Assembly: GCA_965113315.1 (NCBI GenBank)
Contig: OZ220364.1
DNA from: Podarcis vaucheri
Lineage: Eukaryota
Length of the DNA stretch: 64,000 nucleotides
Direction: 5' to 3' (one strand)
The position numbers and the translations under genes are program-made. A model generated the notes under the pieces. It made no database searches. It saw only the letters and a program-made list of their open reading frames with translations, and was not told the DNA's origin. Numbering within the stretch: position 1 is the first letter of the stretch; each line of letters starts with the position of its first letter. This document shows positions 61,167 through 64,000 of this stretch, piece by piece.

Positions 61167-61286
61167 GGATTGTATCCCACTAAGTTATAGTCAGAGTAGA
61201 CCCATTAAAATATAGTGTGTCCAAATTAGTCCTCTCCATTATTTTCAATGGGTCTACTCTACACAAGACTAACTTGGATACAACTC
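61167..61286. mobile_element. short palindromic MITE, same family as 17783-17884
   Basis: ggattgtatcc / ggatacaactc ends; agagtagacccatt / aatgggtctactct arms. Confidence 0.72.
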
Positions 61287-62953
61287 AGAATTCTTTATCA
61301 TGTTAATTTTGTCATGTAAATATCACAGCATTCTTGGTCAATTGTTGCTAAAATCAAAAGCTTTTGACTTGGCAGCTTTCTGACCAATGAGTGCTGACAT
61401 AGCCAAAGAATAATGCTGTTCCCGTTTGCTCGAAGGGCAGGACTAGAACCAGTGGTTGGAATAAATAAATGAATACCCAGTGTACTGAGAGAGAGTAGGA
61501 GCCACTAAGGGCTTAATGCATCTGGGAGCAACCAGAGGAGTAGAAGGGGCTGGGTGGCCTTCTCAAGTTCTCTCTTTCAGTTTCTCTTTCACATTTGCTG
61601 TGTTTTATAATAAGAAATTTATGATAATATTAAGCAAAGGATCCATGTTAAGCCTGCAGCCGTTTCTGTCTTACTTGCAGTGAGACAGAAACCTGCTCTG
61701 AAACATCAGTGGGTAGAAACGGCTAGGAAACAAACATTAGGAGGCAGTCTTGGCAGTGAAGCTGACTGCCTTAGGAGATGGTGGCCTCTCCTTCAAGGAA
61801 GGTGTTCAAGGCTGCCAGGATGCTTCCTGTTGTTCATTTGCTGCAAGTGAACAACAATTGAATGACAGGAAACATCCAGGGATAATGTACAAAAAAGAGA
61901 AATGAATCTCGCAAATGCCAATGCAAATAATAATAAAAACTAACCAACTGACAGACAGACAGACGCGCAAGTTCTTTTTTTATTCAATGTGCCCAATGTG
62001 TTTCAACCAAAACTGCCAACAGGAGCATCAGACGTACTAACTGGAAAATCCCTCAGAACATTCAGAAATCCTTTAGATTCCGTTAAGTCTCCAGCGGCAG
62101 ATCATCTATCCCCCACCTTATAGGCAGAACTTGATACCATCAATCCAAACCTTACTATGAAATGGTCTGCCGTTCTACTCTCCCATCTCACAATATCATA
62201 TCATCGATGACATGGCCTCAGGGCAGGGTGACATGCTGCTTTCTCATATAGAGGAATTTCTAAAATTTTATTTTCGATATGTAGAAATTTATTTTATTTT
62301 TATATGGAGAAGTGAACCACCATGAACAATCATGTGATTTGAGGAAAGTTGGGCCATTTCAGGGTAATTGGGTTAGGACCGAAAAGAAAATAATAAAAAG
62401 AAAACAAAATAAATCAGATTTATTAGCCTCGATGCTAAATCACTCAAATGATCTATGAGAGTAAATGAGAGAACAAAACCATGAAAGCCAGAAAATGGGT
62501 TTCAAATTAAGCCCGAGGGAGATAATGATCAAGATATACAAAGAAAGACTGATTAGCATAGATGGGAACATCAGTGGACAAGCAGAAGAATAAATCTCAC
62601 TTGGACAGCTGCTCAGATCAGACTGAAGCACATTTAAAAGGATGAAAACAACATACATAGCCATTCCTCATCTAGAGTTTGGAAGGTGGCATCCAATGGA
62701 GGGATTTCTCCTCTCAGTGTGCCCCACAGGCAAGATGCAAATAAATGTGGTAGTTGGTTTCCTGAGATTTCTGAGAATCCTTAGAAAGATCATGACAGGG
62801 TTGGGACGAGGGATGGGGAGGAGAGAAAGAAACCAACCAAAGCTCATGTACAAATGAAACAAGCACAAAGCTGTAGTTTCTGCCCTGCTCTTCTCAGGGC
62901 AGTTCACAACATAAAAATATATACTGTATATAAAAACTCAAAATTCATAAAAC

Positions 62954-63100
62954 CAGTGCTTTTTTTCTTTAAAAAAAAATGTTTAGGGGTACTCTCATTT
63001 TCCTACTCATATTGCAATACTGCCCCTCAATGAGGCCAAACTTAGATTCTCAATGTTTAAGGGTATGCTTCCCCCTGCGTCCTCCCAGGAAAAAGCACTG
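62954..63100. mobile_element. hAT MITE, family copy 2
   Basis: TIR CAGTGCTTTTT / AAAAAGCACTG; perfect 8-bp TSD cataaaac. Confidence 0.93.
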
Positions 63101-64000
63101 CATAAAACAAACTAATAATCCAGTGTTTTAACTAACTAACAAAATCATTGCTGGTGTGGAAAGAACTTGTTTCTATGTTTAGGGCCACATTTTCAAATCC
63201 AGTAGGACTTTGTAGAAATTAGCTGTGCAAATGTACCGCCTATAGAAAAATGCGAGCCCCAAGATGCCTTTGACAAATTAATATGAAGAGCATATAACAG
63301 TAATTTTAGTCAGCTTCTCTAGTTGGGCCTGCCAAAGGTAGGCTATTTTGTGTCAGAAGCAGAAAGTCACGCACTGTTACTATACTTGTGCTGACTCCTC
63401 TCTAATCTCTCAACACATTTTAAAGCATATACTAATGACAACTTACTTTGCCAGAAGAGACAAACTAAACAAGCACAATATCTATGGAAAATTTAGTTGC
63501 CAAAAACTGTATTTTTATTTTTTGTTTTTTTAAAAAAAGCTTGAAACCGTTTCTCGAACTGCATTGGACAATTGTCTGACCAGTTCTATTTCAATCACGG
63601 TTTAGGACTAGAAAATTATATGGTGTGGGTTTGTCGTGCTTCAGTTTCCAGGCTCAGTGAATTCTATGCATTACTGGGCTTAGATGGTCTCATTATGTTA
63701 GGGCAGAGTTTATCAGCAGCTGAGGCATTAACCAAAAAACGTTTTTCTGGAAAACAGAGGAAATGATGAGTTGGTGATTTTTTTTGAGCAATGGGTGGGT
63801 GGAGTAATATTGTGAAAAACATGTAAGAAGCCATCAATATTTTTAGATCTGAAGTGTGTGTGTGTGTATATATATATATAGAGAGAGAAGCCAACCATTT
63901 TAAAGGAGACCTACACTATTAGCAAGCCACCAAACTGCCTGCCTACCAGTTACATATACAGTAAGGGCAAATCAAGTGCTTGCTAAACTTGATTTTGCTG

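Noticed and set aside
1-64000. CRISPR arrays, operons or other prokaryotic systems
   Set aside because: The sequence is a spliced vertebrate gene with eukaryotic transposons; no repeat-spacer array is present.

Overview
Vertebrate genomic DNA, most likely from a squamate and probably a lacertid lizard, judged from Sauria SINE, Squam3-like SINE, BovB and lizard-type L2 repeats. The + strand carries the last 11 coding exons of CACNA2D3 (voltage-gated calcium channel alpha2/delta-3), from 793 to the TGA at 53399-53401. These give 827 coding nt in one continuous frame ending in a GPI-anchor signal, followed by a short 3'UTR with AATAAA at 53730. Nine introns are GT-AG. The intron at 51937-52649 is a minor-spliceosome (U12) AT-AC intron with the consensus donor and branch site. 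The rest is intronic or intergenic DNA dense in transposon remnants: hAT, Tc1/mariner-pogo and Harbinger-like MITEs, L1, L2, CR1, RTE-BovB, an RTE-X-like LINE, SINEs, solo LTRs and a Penelope-like inverted repeat. None of the supplied ORFs is a complete gene; one (17418-17891) overlaps a real exon in frame and several are LINE fragments. The best leads are the U12 intron upstream of the GPI-anchor exon, a candidate 10/15-nt microexon at 18797, a Penelope-like hairpin with a decayed hammerhead core, and a composite hAT element. No wholly new system is demonstrated; all repeat family names are from recognition, not database search.
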